Shown here in pieces: positions 1 to 11,614 of a DNA stretch of 33,576 nt. Source of the DNA: Catajapyx aquilonaris (taxonomy: Eukaryota); assembly GCA_000934665.2 (NCBI GenBank), contig JYFJ02004362.1, positions 1-33,576 of the forward strand, in the 5' to 3' direction. Each line of letters begins with the position of its first letter. The first letter of the stretch is position 1. The notes below the pieces were generated by a model. The model was not told the origin of the DNA. It saw nothing but the letters and a program-made list of their open reading frames with translations, and ran no database searches. The position numbers and the translations under genes are program-made.

Positions 1-28
1 CAATATGCACAGGTGTCACTAGGGATTA

Positions 29-297
29 CTCTCCGATTCTTTGGCTTCTTTGGATATAGATACACCCGAGGGGGTGACTCGCCACAAAATTAGTCCCCGG
101 TATCATTGGCTTTCTCGAAGAAACAGTGCTGGTACATGTAATTCGAATGCCTAATTATCATAGGCAGCCCATGCGGTAGCTCCAGCGCTACACAAACTGG
201 ACATTTTGTTGTGAGGAGCGGTAGGGCCCGGCATGGTGGACAGTACTTTAGGGCATATGGATATCCAAAAAGGTTCAGACTTATGTGCATCGGAGAG
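29..297. mobile_element. Possible TA-flanked MITE in an MFSD11 intron
   Basis: TA|CTCTCCGAT...ATCGGAGAG|TA termini plus a subterminal inverted tttggatat (49-57 vs 261-269). Confidence 0.45.
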
Positions 298-839
298 TAG
301 TAAGAGTACGCCGACCACTCAATACTGAGGCCAGTAACAATGCATTTTCCTTAATCAAGCCTCATTTATGTGAATACCTTTTCTTTCTTTCCTCAAGTTT
401 CAAAAAAACGTATTGCTTTTCTTTCTTCTATAGTGCAGAAAACTAAACAACGATCTGACATCAGCAAGATTTCCATACAAATAGCCTCACAGAACAATAT
501 GAGTAAACAGTGTCAACAAAAAGCAACAATGTAGGAAACGATGACGTCAGATCGTCGTTTGGTTTTCCGCACTATACCAATATTCACCTTTCATGGTATG
601 TTAGTGCAACCAGCCCTTTGAAATATAATTATTATACAGTTCAGTGAACTCTTTCCATTCCTCTTATAGCTGTGTTCAATTTTTGTTCCACTGTGCCTGT
701 ATCCATGGTTTCGGTTATGATTTGATGCAAATAAACAAGAACTTCTAATGCCAAGCGACAATAAGGTAGAACGTTTTCTGTGCTCTGCAATTTCTCCTGC
801 TGTGTCTTAAATGGTGGTCCATGAGGACATAACAATTGC

Positions 840-943
<104 letters not shown>

Positions 944-986
944 ATAAACAGAAGCCAGTTACAAGAAGAAAGCAGTAACTTATTAC

Positions 987-1888
987 CTTGGTGTAAAGAA
1001 GGGCATATCCCATGTGTTTCCAAGTGGTGCACTATCTGGAATGTTGCAGAAGATGCAGTAGAATGCAACCATATGCAGCAGGAATCCCAACAGCACTATC
1101 GGATCTCTGCCATACTTGGTGGTTCTCTTGCCCAGCAGTCCAAAGCAAGCCCCACCCAGCACTTCTCCAATCCCAGTGAAAATCCCAGACAACCCAACCA
1201 ACCTCTTGGGGCTTTCAAATTGCTGCGTAAAACCCAAGGATGACCCGTACACTCCGGAAAAGAAACTGAGTTCAACTCCAGTGTAGAAAAATGTTACACT
1301 CAGCAGCATCATATCTTTAGTAACAAATAGTTTCATAGAACGGCGTAAGGCTTGCACAGGTCCTTCCGGTGGAATGTTCTTATCCAGATCTTGTGGCGGT
1401 GGTCGAAGGATGACTAAAAAGATGATCCCTAAGATGGCTACTGCCAGCAGCACGCCAGTTGTGAGTTGCCGTGTTTGCGCTGGAATTGAAGTTTGTCCCT
1501 GGAACTCAAAGAACACAAACAAGTTCCCAATAAAGAGAGAACACTGCAGCATGGCCCAAAAGAGGCCAGAGTTCCGACTCATTGTGTCTGGGGTTGAATT
1601 TCGGGTCAGTGCACTCCCTTGGGCTGTCCATATCATAGCTGCTCCTAGTCCAACTACAACAGAGGCCAAGTAGAGCAGCCATGTTTTAGGCCAGAGAAAA
1701 GATGCAATGAAGAGAGTGTAGAATACGGCTCCCACGACCATGGATATTCTCTCCCCAACCACAGCCACCATACTGGGCGCCAGCCAGTTGGCCAGAGCAA
1801 ATACGATGTAGATGATAGCCAGCGATGTGTAGCCATCCCCTTTGAATTCGCCATGGGTGTCACTTTTGATGCTGTCCAGCATGGTTTG
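987..1888 (-). CDS. MFSD11: UNC93-like MFS protein MFSD11, coding exon 2; remaining 3' exon(s) lie left of the window
   Basis: Acceptor tgtttccag|CAA. Translation QTMLDSIK...GDGYTSLAIIYIVFALANWLAPS...GLGAAMIWTAQG...RNSGLFWAMLQCSLFIGN...YTGVELSFFSGVYG matches MFSD11/UNC-93. Donor CCAAG|gtaata. Confidence 0.93.
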
Positions 1889-2269
1889 CTGGAAACAATG
1901 AAAGCATGTGACAGAGCAAGTGCGTTGCAATGATATTGACAAGCGCTGTCAAGCAATAGGTGGAAATGAATGGTGCAAGGACATCCTCTATGTTGTTTAG
2001 TGTACTTTGGTGATGTAAGCATTATTGCCAATCACTAACTAGCAATATTATGAGTACTGGAGAGGATTTTGTATGAAAGTGATAAGTTTAATAAAATATG
2101 GTATTGCTCTTATGCTGTGCACAGCTGACATAACTCTGGTCTCTCTCCAAGTACGAGATAGACTTCAATGACTATAATGCATTTTTCTCACTCTATTCTC
2201 AAGCATGCATCTATTGAAAGACTGCACGCCTCAGTGTTGCCTAGCTAATGTAAACTGTGAGTGACCTAC

Positions 2270-2362
2270 CTCAATGTTTCCCATGGTCTGGAAGGCAGTG
2301 AAGACAAACATGAACCCAAATCCAAGCATGAGGACATTGTAGAAGGCCACGTTGAAATGCAT
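2270..2362 (-). CDS. MFSD11: MFSD11 coding exon 1 (MHFNVAFYNVLMLGFGFMFVFTAFQTMGNIE)
   Basis: ATG at 2362 in context acaaccATG. The LGFGFMFVFTAFQT motif is typical of the MFSD11 N-terminus. Phase-0 donor GAG|gtaggt joins in frame to exon 2. Not in the ORF track. Confidence 0.9.
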
Positions 2363-3274
2363 GGTTGTTGCAGTGGTTCAAAAGTACCGCCAGTCGAGGA
2401 TTGTTATTATTATTATTGGGGAGTGGGTCAGGTGTGTGTGTGGGGGGGNCACTCTTGTCGCACTGCCCTCCTTCCTTCAGACCACCTAGCAGACTGCCGG
2501 CGATGAGTGACTGTCCGTCCGGTCTCACTGCACGTCTGCAGTCACCACTGCATTGGGCCTGATTGGGGCGAGGGGGGCAGGGGGGCAGCAGGCAGCAGGG
2601 GGGCACGCTAGAGGGGGTAGTGTGGGTGGGAGTTGCGCTCCATGGCCACGTTTTGACAGGTGGCCACTCCCCCCATATACAGTACATGTGATCCCGGCGA
2701 TCTTATCCCATGTGATACACATCTGTCAGGTCCCAGAGGGCACTCCCCCCCAAGTTCGGCTTTAATTCGGGGTATAAATGTACCGTATGGTATAGGCCTA
2801 CTATGTATACACTCGCTGTACATATGTTGCACATAATCAACAAGGAAGGGAGGATGTGGGGTTGGCGAGTGGGAATTTGGAAGATAACCTGCTCGGGTGA
2901 CCTCCAAACAGATTAGGCTCGATAACACTTGATGCCTACTGTGCCCTTTCTTATCTAGAAGAAAATATAGATCTGCTGATGCACAATATATGAGCTATCT
3001 ACGCAAGGCGACGTAATATCTTGCATTCCTCTGGCGTCCTCGTCCGTGATTATAAAGAAAAATACATCGGTCCAGCCGGGTCCAGCTAATTGATTAATTG
3101 AAATATATATGCTGCACTTCTCCAGGAACTGCAGTACTAGCAGTAGCACTATAATTGACAAAGTATGTAATAAAAGCAAGTGGAGGAGGAATAGTATGTA
3201 GTTTACGGCATGAAGTTTCGGATTTGGCGGTCTGGTAGAGTCTAATGATAGAAATCTGACACCGAGATTGACTC

Positions 3275-3276
<2 letters not shown>

Positions 3277-3312
<36 letters not shown>
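3277..3312. repeat. (GT)n microsatellite
   Basis: Directly visible. Confidence 0.97.
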
Positions 3313-3314
<2 letters not shown>

Positions 3315-5513
3315 CCGGCTTGCTGTACTTCCTCGCATACTGGAGGGTGTACTGTACTGTACAATAACTGCCACACTGCATGTTTTTTTAACCCAATTGT
3401 TTAAAATACACGATATCGTTCATTATACTCGGTAGCACACTCATATTCGTATTCTGCATTAGCGTTGTGCAGATAACGCGATATTGATTAGATTAGCTTC
3501 ACAAAGAAACGTAAAAATATTCCTCCCTACTTGGAAGTGTACACCTTGCGGTTGCTATTCGAATAGTGGATAATATTTTGTTGGTATTAATTATCAGGTG
3601 ACGCACGTGTTCATGTACATGAAGATTACAGGACCTCATATTTATCACGCCTTGAGCTGTGCAGCTTAACATGGCATTGATAAGCATATCCAAACTACGT
3701 AGGCTACTTCGTTTCCTTGCTCGCACCGTCTATAAATTCAACACTCATAGTGGCATAGAAGATTGGCTGCTGTGTTTTATTTATTATTGCACAATTAGGA
3801 AGTATCTCATTGGTCGCAGTGGTACATGCGAATGCAGGAACCCATATTTACTACATGACTATAACACTGTCTTCGCAGAATTAACCCTGCTGGGATAAAT
3901 TTCATACTTATTAGACAATCCGGCCATATACTGTATTGTCCCTGATGAAAATACTCATCAATTGGAAGAATTTAATTAATCACCTGAAGTAATAATCAGT
4001 GCGGCACTTTGGGATGGGCGGTATTTGTGATTATACGGAACTTTTATTTACAGTATTAGGTTTTCAGAGGTATGCAAGTAATCGTGTCCTCCGGCAACTC
4101 AACCCGGGTCCCCTATAGGCTGCTACTGTACGGAGATATATAGGTATGACTGGTTTAGGGGAAATGAACCACAATGGCAAGTGGCCATATGGTGCTGGAC
4201 AGACCTCAAATCCATTAAAGGAACTCCCGTATGTATAGGCACACGAGCTGAAACGAAGTTGCGATCTTTGAAAGGCAATAGTCAAGTCCAAGGAATCGTA
4301 AAAGAAACCCGCCTATAAGAGTCCGCCATAAATTATATCAGGATTAGTAGGTTTCTTCTGCGAATGTGTGGTGAAAAGTGACTGGACTCTGCTATCTGAC
4401 ATCTACTACTACTGTACAAGACATCGTGACCGCAATATTATGCTAATCATTGATCTACTTCGACAGTAGAGTCTAGAATAATGAGAGCTGATGCGAATGA
4501 GTAAGACGATAATATTGTAAATGTGTGAAGGTTGTCGTTATTAGAGACCTGTCGATAAGAAAAGGTGATAAATTCTGCTCCATGATACAGAAGAACACTT
4601 ATTGCGCGGATCCTTTCATGCGTCATTCGCCTGTCTCTTACCACTCATTAGCCGCTTCATAATACACAGTCAAGTTATGCAATAGACTACTTGGCTGATA
4701 ATGAGACCACGTGGCTGAGACGATCATTAATGCAATTATTAGCCTAGTGGTTTTTTAAATTTATTTTTTTAGCTGCTGGTAGAGATGTAGGATTGATTGA
4801 ACATTGGTACAGTATAGGCTAAGTATACGACATCGATTTGTGTTTACAAGTCTCTTGCCGTAGATAACTGTAAAAGTCGCATGTAATTCATAAAAACAAA
4901 GCAAACTGGTGGAATCATATGATGTGCTCAGCCGAAATTAATTGAATCACATATCCTAAATGAATCATTGTGCTGAGTTTGATCTAGATCCACTTTCCGT
5001 ATAATAAGCTCACGATATAAGTCTAGTAATAACTTTAACATCCCTAACATGCAGAGTAGTTTTATATGCTGAAGCTGTGTTTATGGATACTGCGCAGAGT
5101 GCCTATGTAATTTACTCGTACTTCCCATTGAGGGGAAATGCTTGACGCTGCCGTATTATTTGCTGGCAAGCTGATTTTAGTACAAGCAAGTACATATAGG
5201 CTCTATATAATAGCTAGTTTCTAATAAGAGTCAGTGAATGACCCTTCGCCAGAAAAGTGTGTCAGGGGAAAAGTTCCTTGCGCAGTTCTCCTGGTCTATA
5301 TACGAAGGTCTTGCAGGCTGAACTCGTCGCAATCGGAGGGCACAGACTTATGTGCACTTTTCGAAATACCCGTAGCCTATATAGGCTATACCAGGCTATA
5401 CGCAATGGGGCAAGCCCACTATGATTATCATAGATCTTATAGTATCTGATGCATTAGTAAGGTCGATGCGGGGTCGATGCATGATATGTACGGTGTGTGC
5501 ACAGTAGTCGCAG

Positions 5514-5514
<1 letters not shown>

Positions 5515-5595
<81 letters not shown>
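5515..5595. repeat. (TA)n microsatellite
   Basis: Directly visible. Confidence 0.98.
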
Positions 5596-5599
<4 letters not shown>

Positions 5600-6163
5600 T
5601 GGCATACCTCGCTGACTCACCATCGCACAGCGCGCCTTTACTACAAAAAGACAACAAAAAGAAAAATAACAACAACGACAATCTGGCAACTCCTTGGGCT
5701 GGCAACTCTGCGCAGGGCACGCCGCCTAAATAGCAAATGGTTCGGCTGCTTTTTTCTAGACGTTATTTTTAAAATAACGGCTAATAGAAGCTGCTTATAA
5801 ATACCACATCGCCATTGCCATAGCCCGTTTACTCCGCCTTATTAAACCGACAGATCCGGGACAGATTATGGCCCTTTGGAAAAGTCGCAGGCTGGTCTCA
5901 AACCACATTTAACATTACGGAATGCTACATTCCTGGAGCTATTCCACGAGAGTTATTTAGTAACAGCTACGCTTTCCATCCATTTCCCCGATTTTTCCAC
6001 TCGCTCCCGCTCACCCTCCCCCCCTGCTCCCAACCCACCTCCCTGCAGTGACTAAGAAGTAGTCTGATCCAGTCTTGTCTCCTTTTACACCGCAAAGGCA
6101 CTCCGCCAGGTGGCAGGACGATCGAGCGTCAGAAGAGAAGAAGAGATTTACATTGTGTGTTTA

Positions 6164-6200
6164 TGGCTGAGCATGGTATTGGCAATACCATGCTCAGCCA
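6164..6200. repeat. 37-bp perfect palindrome
   Basis: tggctgagcatggtattg-g-caataccatgctcagcca, with 18-bp arms. Confidence 0.9.
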
Positions 6201-6701
6201 CGTATATTGGCATGGGGCATGGGCTAATCGCCCTTTTGCAACGTTTTTCAATATCTGGTGGATCCTTTCGCGGTCATATTACAAGAACACATGCCTGTGC
6301 CGTCCGGGGAAGTTCTCAGAGAAATAACAGTCCCACATTCCCACTTTAGATGGGAGAAAAATTCAAACACATACACCGCAAGCATTATTTAATATTATAG
6401 ATAATATATTTTGTCTCGTTAAGTTGCTTTATGCCTTTTGATTTTGCGCCGCATTTTGCTGGAACCAATTACCGGCGTAAAACTGGTACTACCAGCTACC
6501 AAGTAGTTCTTGGTACTACCAAGGTACTACAGTCTGTATCCTTATGGGGTCCGCAAGTACAAATCATGCTGCAAGTCGTCAGTATGCCATTATTATTATC
6601 AAAACCAGCACCTATATTTCAGAACACCAGGAAACGCGAATTTCTGATTTTGCGCCTTATATTTACGACACAGGTAAAAATTATTACCATGTTCATTGTA
6701 T

Positions 6702-6800
6702 GCAGGGGCGGATCCAGGATTTTTTTCTGGGAGGGGCACAAGGGAACTTCCCTGGGGGGAGGGGGGCGCAGGGCCCGCCGCAGGCGAAAATTTTTTCCGC
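6702..6800. mobile_element. One-ended MITE-like fragment
   Basis: Begins CAGGGGCGGATCCAGGATTTTTT, a terminus type common in invertebrate MITEs. Partner end not found. Confidence 0.35.
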
Positions 6801-7516
6801 TTCAAGGTCTTTGCCTATCACTATTTACTCTTGCTATATCACATATCCAGAGAACGGAAATCATGATCGATGATCCATAAACATGCAAAATCACAATGAT
6901 GATCAATTTAAAATTATGATAGCCTGGTTGTGAAACTGCCAAGAAAGATTTTCTATACCCGTTTTACGCCGCTCCATTTTACGGCGTTTCACATTAAAAG
7001 GACGTGCACAAGCAAAAGAACGCGTGAAACAAAATAATGTTTTGTTCAAGCTTGGCGGGTTCATGCATTCCGCGATGCAATCCATGATGGCTAACTGCTT
7101 CACCGTGCTGCCAACTGGCGGACAATATTCACTGCATCCAGCCAGACGTGCGGGTTAGAGGGACTACACCTTTTAGCCTCCCCACCACCCGTGTTCCGTC
7201 CCTCGCTCCTCCCTCCCACTCCCCTCCAAAACGCGAAACCCTCCGCCATGTTGGCTTCCCCCAAGTTGTAGTCACTGCGTCATTTGGGTCGCGTCTCCTC
7301 CCGCGAGTCTCCCTTTATCTGTTCTCGAGTCGCAGGCCGTGTGATTTTAGCAGGGCAGAGTCCCAGGGCCGCCCACCACCACCACTCCTCCGCCGCACTT
7401 ATAACCATACCCCGGCACCGCACCCTGCGTTGCCCTCCCGTTTCGCGCGTGATCCCGTAAGGCCCGCGGTCGCCCAACCGCCGGCCTCCATCCCACTGGT
7501 AACCGTGGTGTCCAAG

Positions 7517-7698
7517 ATGAGCTACGGCCGCCCCCCGCCCAACATCGACGGCATGGTGAGCCTCAAGGTGGACAACCTCACCTATCGGACCACCCCCGAG
7601 GACCTGCGCAGGGTCTTCGAGAAGTACGGGGAGGTCGGAGACGTCTACATTCCCAGGGACCGATTCTCCAGGGAGAGCAGGGGGTTCGCCTTTGTCAG
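7517..7698 (+). CDS. SRSF2: Serine/arginine-rich splicing factor 2 (SC35), exon 1, N-terminal part of the RRM
   Basis: [61 protein letters not shown] is near-identical to the SC35 RRM. Donor AG|gtcagt. Confidence 0.97.
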
Positions 7699-7806
7699 GT
7701 CAGTAGGGGCCCGTCCTTCCTTCCTTCCTTCTTTCTTTTTGTAAGACTCATGGGGACTGCTTGGGCCATGACTCTAATGAGGATTACTCGTCTACTCCCA
7801 CAACAG

Positions 7807-7935
7807 ATTTTATGACAAGCGAGATGCGGAGGATGCCATGGATGCGATGGATGGCCGCATCCTGGATGGCAGGGAGCTCCGTGTGCAGATGGCCAGGTAC
7901 GGAAGACCGGCCTCGCCCTACAGGCGCTACTCACG
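7807..7935 (+). CDS. SRSF2: SRSF2 exon 2 (end of the RRM and linker)
   Basis: Acceptor caacag|A. Translation [42 protein letters not shown]. Donor CG|gtatgg, phase 2. Confidence 0.96.
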
Positions 7936-8364
7936 GTATGGTCACCCTCCTAATCCCACTTTCCATTTGCATTTTACATTTGGTTGTGGGTGCCATTGTG
8001 CACAGGTTGGGCATACCTGAATATGCAATTAGACAAAATATGTTTATATTAATGTGAGCTGCTATTGCCATTTGAAAGTGATTCAACTCATTGCTATAAA
8101 CACCAAGTTAGGTGAATTTGTATAACTCAGTTTTTGTCAAGCTTTCACATGTGCAGTGCACTGGATGGATTGGTTGGGAACTGGATTGGTAGAGGCTGTC
8201 TTTCAAGGTTTTGGTGTGTGTCATGATAACAGGAAATTCATGAAAACCTAAAACTATTACTTATGTCTCCAACTGTGAAGCTTGGGTTTGAAACTTGCAA
8301 AGGATCCCTTCTGGGATCATTCTTTCATTGAACGACCACATCTTTATAGAAGGTCTTCGTAATA

Positions 8365-8968
8365 TGAGGGCTGTACTAAAATGATGGACACTTTATTTTT
8401 TTGCCACAAATTCATGGAGGTCGGGAAATAGGCACATATTATCGATAGAATTCTTATGGAGCCAACTGGACTGGAATCTTGGCCTGGAACCAGGGAGGGC
8501 CTGGAACCACTCCAGGCCCTCCAGGAGCCACTTTTTGGAGGTGCAGTGCACCCACTCCTGGACAACTGCTTGCAGTCAGCAGCTGTCAATGATGTCCTTG
8601 AAATGGCATCAGAGAATGGTTTATTTAATGGATCCGAACAGTTGAAAATTCACTGGTAGCCAGGCTGGGAGAGTACGGTGGGTTTGGAAGTACCCAAAGA
8701 CGGTTCCATGAAAAAGCCCTTTTCCAGCGCCATTTCAAGGACATGGTTGACAGTTGTTGAATGCATGCAGTTGTGTGGGAGTGGGGGCATCTCACCTCCA
8801 AAACATCATTCCTGTGGGGCCTAGAGAGGTTGACACACCCATGACTCCTATGCATTCAGCTCCAGGAGGGTTCTATCGGTAATGTGTGTGTATCTGCTGA
8901 CCTGCAAGGGCCCTGTATTTGTGGCAAAAAAAAATCAAAAAGTGTAAATGATTTTAGAACCGCCCTCA
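8365..8968. mobile_element. Tc1/mariner-type fold-back MITE in SRSF2 intron 2
   Basis: TA|TGAGGGC...GCCCTCA|TA termini resemble the mariner TA|CGAGGG end after CpG decay. Imperfect inverted arms cover almost the whole length, e.g. 8533-8607 vs 8729-8803 match at 62/75. Confidence 0.8.
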
Positions 8969-10150
8969 TAATATGAGATGAGAAAGGTAAACTCAATTGG
9001 TCTTCTCAATCCATCCATATAGTAAAAATCCACATTTGAAATTCACAATTTTGCAAGGTTTTCATATTTAAAATTGACACAGAAGCCGGAAACATTTGGT
9101 AATTTCTATTGAATGTTTTTCTTTCAAAATGAAGTTAAAGCTCCATTTCTTGTTGTGTATTATTCGAGAAGGTCCTGTTTTATGAACGAAGGTTAACGCA
9201 GGGAGATGGAAAACAACTGGCTGCCAGGGAAGTTATTGATCCAAGGTGGCATTTTTGAGAGCACAGGTGGCAACCACCTCCAGTGGCATCACAATCAATG
9301 GCAGGCCAAGCAGCCATCTTGGGTGGCGTTTTAAACTGATGGGGTGTGAGGGCGGACTCTGCGTGTGGACTGGACTGGGCGCTAACTACATGCAATGTGT
9401 TGACGCAGGAGTTCATGCGAGATGTTATTGCATGCAGTAAATACTGCAGATGTAGGGCATCTATCCGAGGTTGCAGTGGAAATCTTGAGTATAAAGTAAT
9501 ACAGATGGTCACAAAAGCAAAAATCTTAGCATTCCCTTTGCATTGGCTCTCCGGTAACCTCCCGGGCAAAGTTGGACTAGCTGCAAAGAAAGTACGCTAG
9601 TAGGAAGTAGCATTCTCAGTGGGTTTGAAAACTTGCATCTTTTTGCATCTCTCAAAAGTGCAGTTTCACTTTTAGCAGATCTAAAAGACATTGTACCAGA
9701 TGCAGTAAGGGAGGGTTGCAGTCAATTCGTCACAGGTCACTTTGTGCCCAAAGGGATGATCATATCAGCTGCTGCCAGCTATCAAATGATTTGAAATGGG
9801 CACTAGGAGTACTTTCTATAGGTTACTTTATATGGTGTCTGTTTGCTTATTAATGAAGACTTTTGGTGGATGTCATAACAAATAGAAAGGGGGGGGGGGG
9901 GGGGGGGNGGGGTAAAAGAGTGACTATTTCCCAAGATGTAGTGTAATGGTCAGAATGTTACATAATTGCAATTAGTTAATTGTTTATCGGTGATTCTAAA
10001 ACTTACCAATATATACAGGGTGTTCCAAATTCGGGGGTCACTTGATAACTGATATCATCCAATAGCAGTTATTTTTGTTTGTTGTGCCCGTAACCATGTC
10101 CCCCATTCTATAACTACCGCTACATTCGACCCACCTGCTTATCTTCTACC

Positions 10151-10396
10151 CAGGGTAACCTCCATGAGTGCCTCCCCCACCTAGAGAGGGTATTGTCTCT
10201 CCGACATATTGGACCTAAATGCTAAATCAGATTGGATCTGCATGCAGTGAAAAAATGTCCTTGAAAAAAAAATTGGATGCTTGCCAATTTCCTATCCTCC
10301 AGCATGCAATCTAGGTCCAATATGGACGCCCCATAAGGACTACGTGGAGACAATACCCTGGTTAGGGTGGGGGAGGCAACCATGTAGGGGACCCTG
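10151..10396. repeat. Imperfect inverted repeat, probably a MITE remnant, in SRSF2 intron 2
   Basis: 10151-10222 pairs with about 10306-10396, sharing the blocks tgcctcccccacc, agggtattgtctc and catattggaccta. Confidence 0.7.
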
Positions 10397-11130
10397 CTTC
10401 TACCTAAGTTCAGAGCAGTCCTGTAGGGTTGCCACATGTCTGTGAAGCCCTGAAAAGCGCTATCACGCAGCCACATGCTGCAAAACACCCAGTAAAGCCC
10501 CCTAAGGTGATTAGAGGGGAGAGACCATACCGTACTATTGTAAGACCATGGTCCTGACTTAATAGATTGGGATGTGCCGGGAGAAAGATTTTTTTTGCAG
10601 TGAAAAGTAATTGAATATTTCTCTTTGTATGGGGATGGATAGGTGTCAACTGATGCTACATATTTTTAAAAATGAACTCAGTCAATCCATTTTGAGTTAC
10701 TATGCCAGGACATAGTATTCATAATATTGGTAAATTTTAGGAGAATCACCCATATATGCTAGCATATGACAGGACTCTTTCAGTGGGATTTTATCTGGCC
10801 TTGAACTTTTACAGTACTCCTGACAATTTTTGGAGTGGGCCTTTCATTTTATTTCAAGAAAGATAATGAATTCTGGTGGAAGTTGTGCAGTGTAACATGG
10901 CATTGAGAGAATAGCACACTATCTAGAATCTTGGCTAGAGAAAATAAGTTTTCACAGGCTCAGCTTATAAGGAAGAATTTTCTCTGTGGCGTCAAATTAA
11001 TGTTAAAAGATTCTCATAACTTTTGTAGGCAATATGAGACTTGATTGTCTCACAATCAGTAACTATTTGGTGCTTACCAGTGTGGCTTTGGCTTGATTTG
11101 GATTTGGGTTCTTTGGGCCTTTCCTTCCAG

Positions 11131-11614
11131 ACGCAGCAGGAGCCGAAGTCGTAGCCGCTCTCGCAGGCGCTCATACAGCCGCAGCCGAAGTCGGTCTCGA
11201 AGTCGGGACAGGGGACGAAGGAGTGAGCGGGACCGGGAGGGAGGGAGGGGTGACAGGGATAGAGGGGATAGGGACCGTGACAGGGAGAGGGAGAGGGATA
11301 GCGGAAGGGGAGACCGCGATAGGGGAGACCGTGACAGGGATAGGGAGAGGAAGAGGGGGGCTGGTGGATCCCGGTCTCGGTCACGAAGTCGGGAGGGTGG
11401 GGAGCGAGGAGTTGGGGATATCGATGGGGAGAATGGCCACCATAAGAAGGGGATGAGTCGAAGTCCTCGCAGCCGTAGTCCCCGCAGCAGGACTTCAAGA
11501 AGCAGGAGTGGAAGCAAGAGTCCCAGGGACTTGGAGAGGAATGAGAGGAAGAGCGACTCCAAGGGGAGCTCCCGCTCACCTTCCCGCTCTAGGTCCCGTT
11601 CCAAGTCCAAATGA
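11131..11614 (+). CDS. SRSF2: SRSF2 exon 3 (RS domain with RD/RE insert), stop TGA at 11612-11614
   Basis: Acceptor ttccttccag|A is in phase with exon 2. RS dipeptide repeats. Spliced CDS totals 795 nt, a multiple of 3. Confidence 0.93.

Larger units (their letters stand above)
5950..7516. promoter_or_regulatory. Divergent promoter region between MFSD11 and SRSF2
   Basis: CpG-rich. Minus-strand donor GG|gtgagc at 6014 is a candidate end for an MFSD11 non-coding exon. CTCF-like CCGCCAGGTGGCAG at 6103-6116 and YY1-like CCGCCATGTT at about 7243. Confidence 0.5.

Noticed and set aside
3320..5500. A hidden gene, such as METTL23 or JMJD6 which neighbour human SRSF2, in the MFSD11-SRSF2 spacer
   Set aside because: No recognisable coding exons on either strand.
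6484..6530. Three GGTACTAC repeats
   Set aside because: Short local duplication, not a CRISPR-like or regularly spaced array.
7148..7516. N-terminal extension of the SRSF2 ORF from a GTG start
   Set aside because: The conserved start is MSYGRPPP at 7517; the upstream sequence is GC-rich UTR or promoter.
9888..9912. N bases inside G or C homopolymers (2449, 9908, 14658, 28456)
   Set aside because: Most likely sequencing or consensus ambiguity.
10016..10492. TA|CAGGGTGTT...AACACCCAG|TA read as one Tc1 MITE
   Set aside because: Only about 9-11 bp of terminal match with a mismatch, so the ends cannot be linked confidently.
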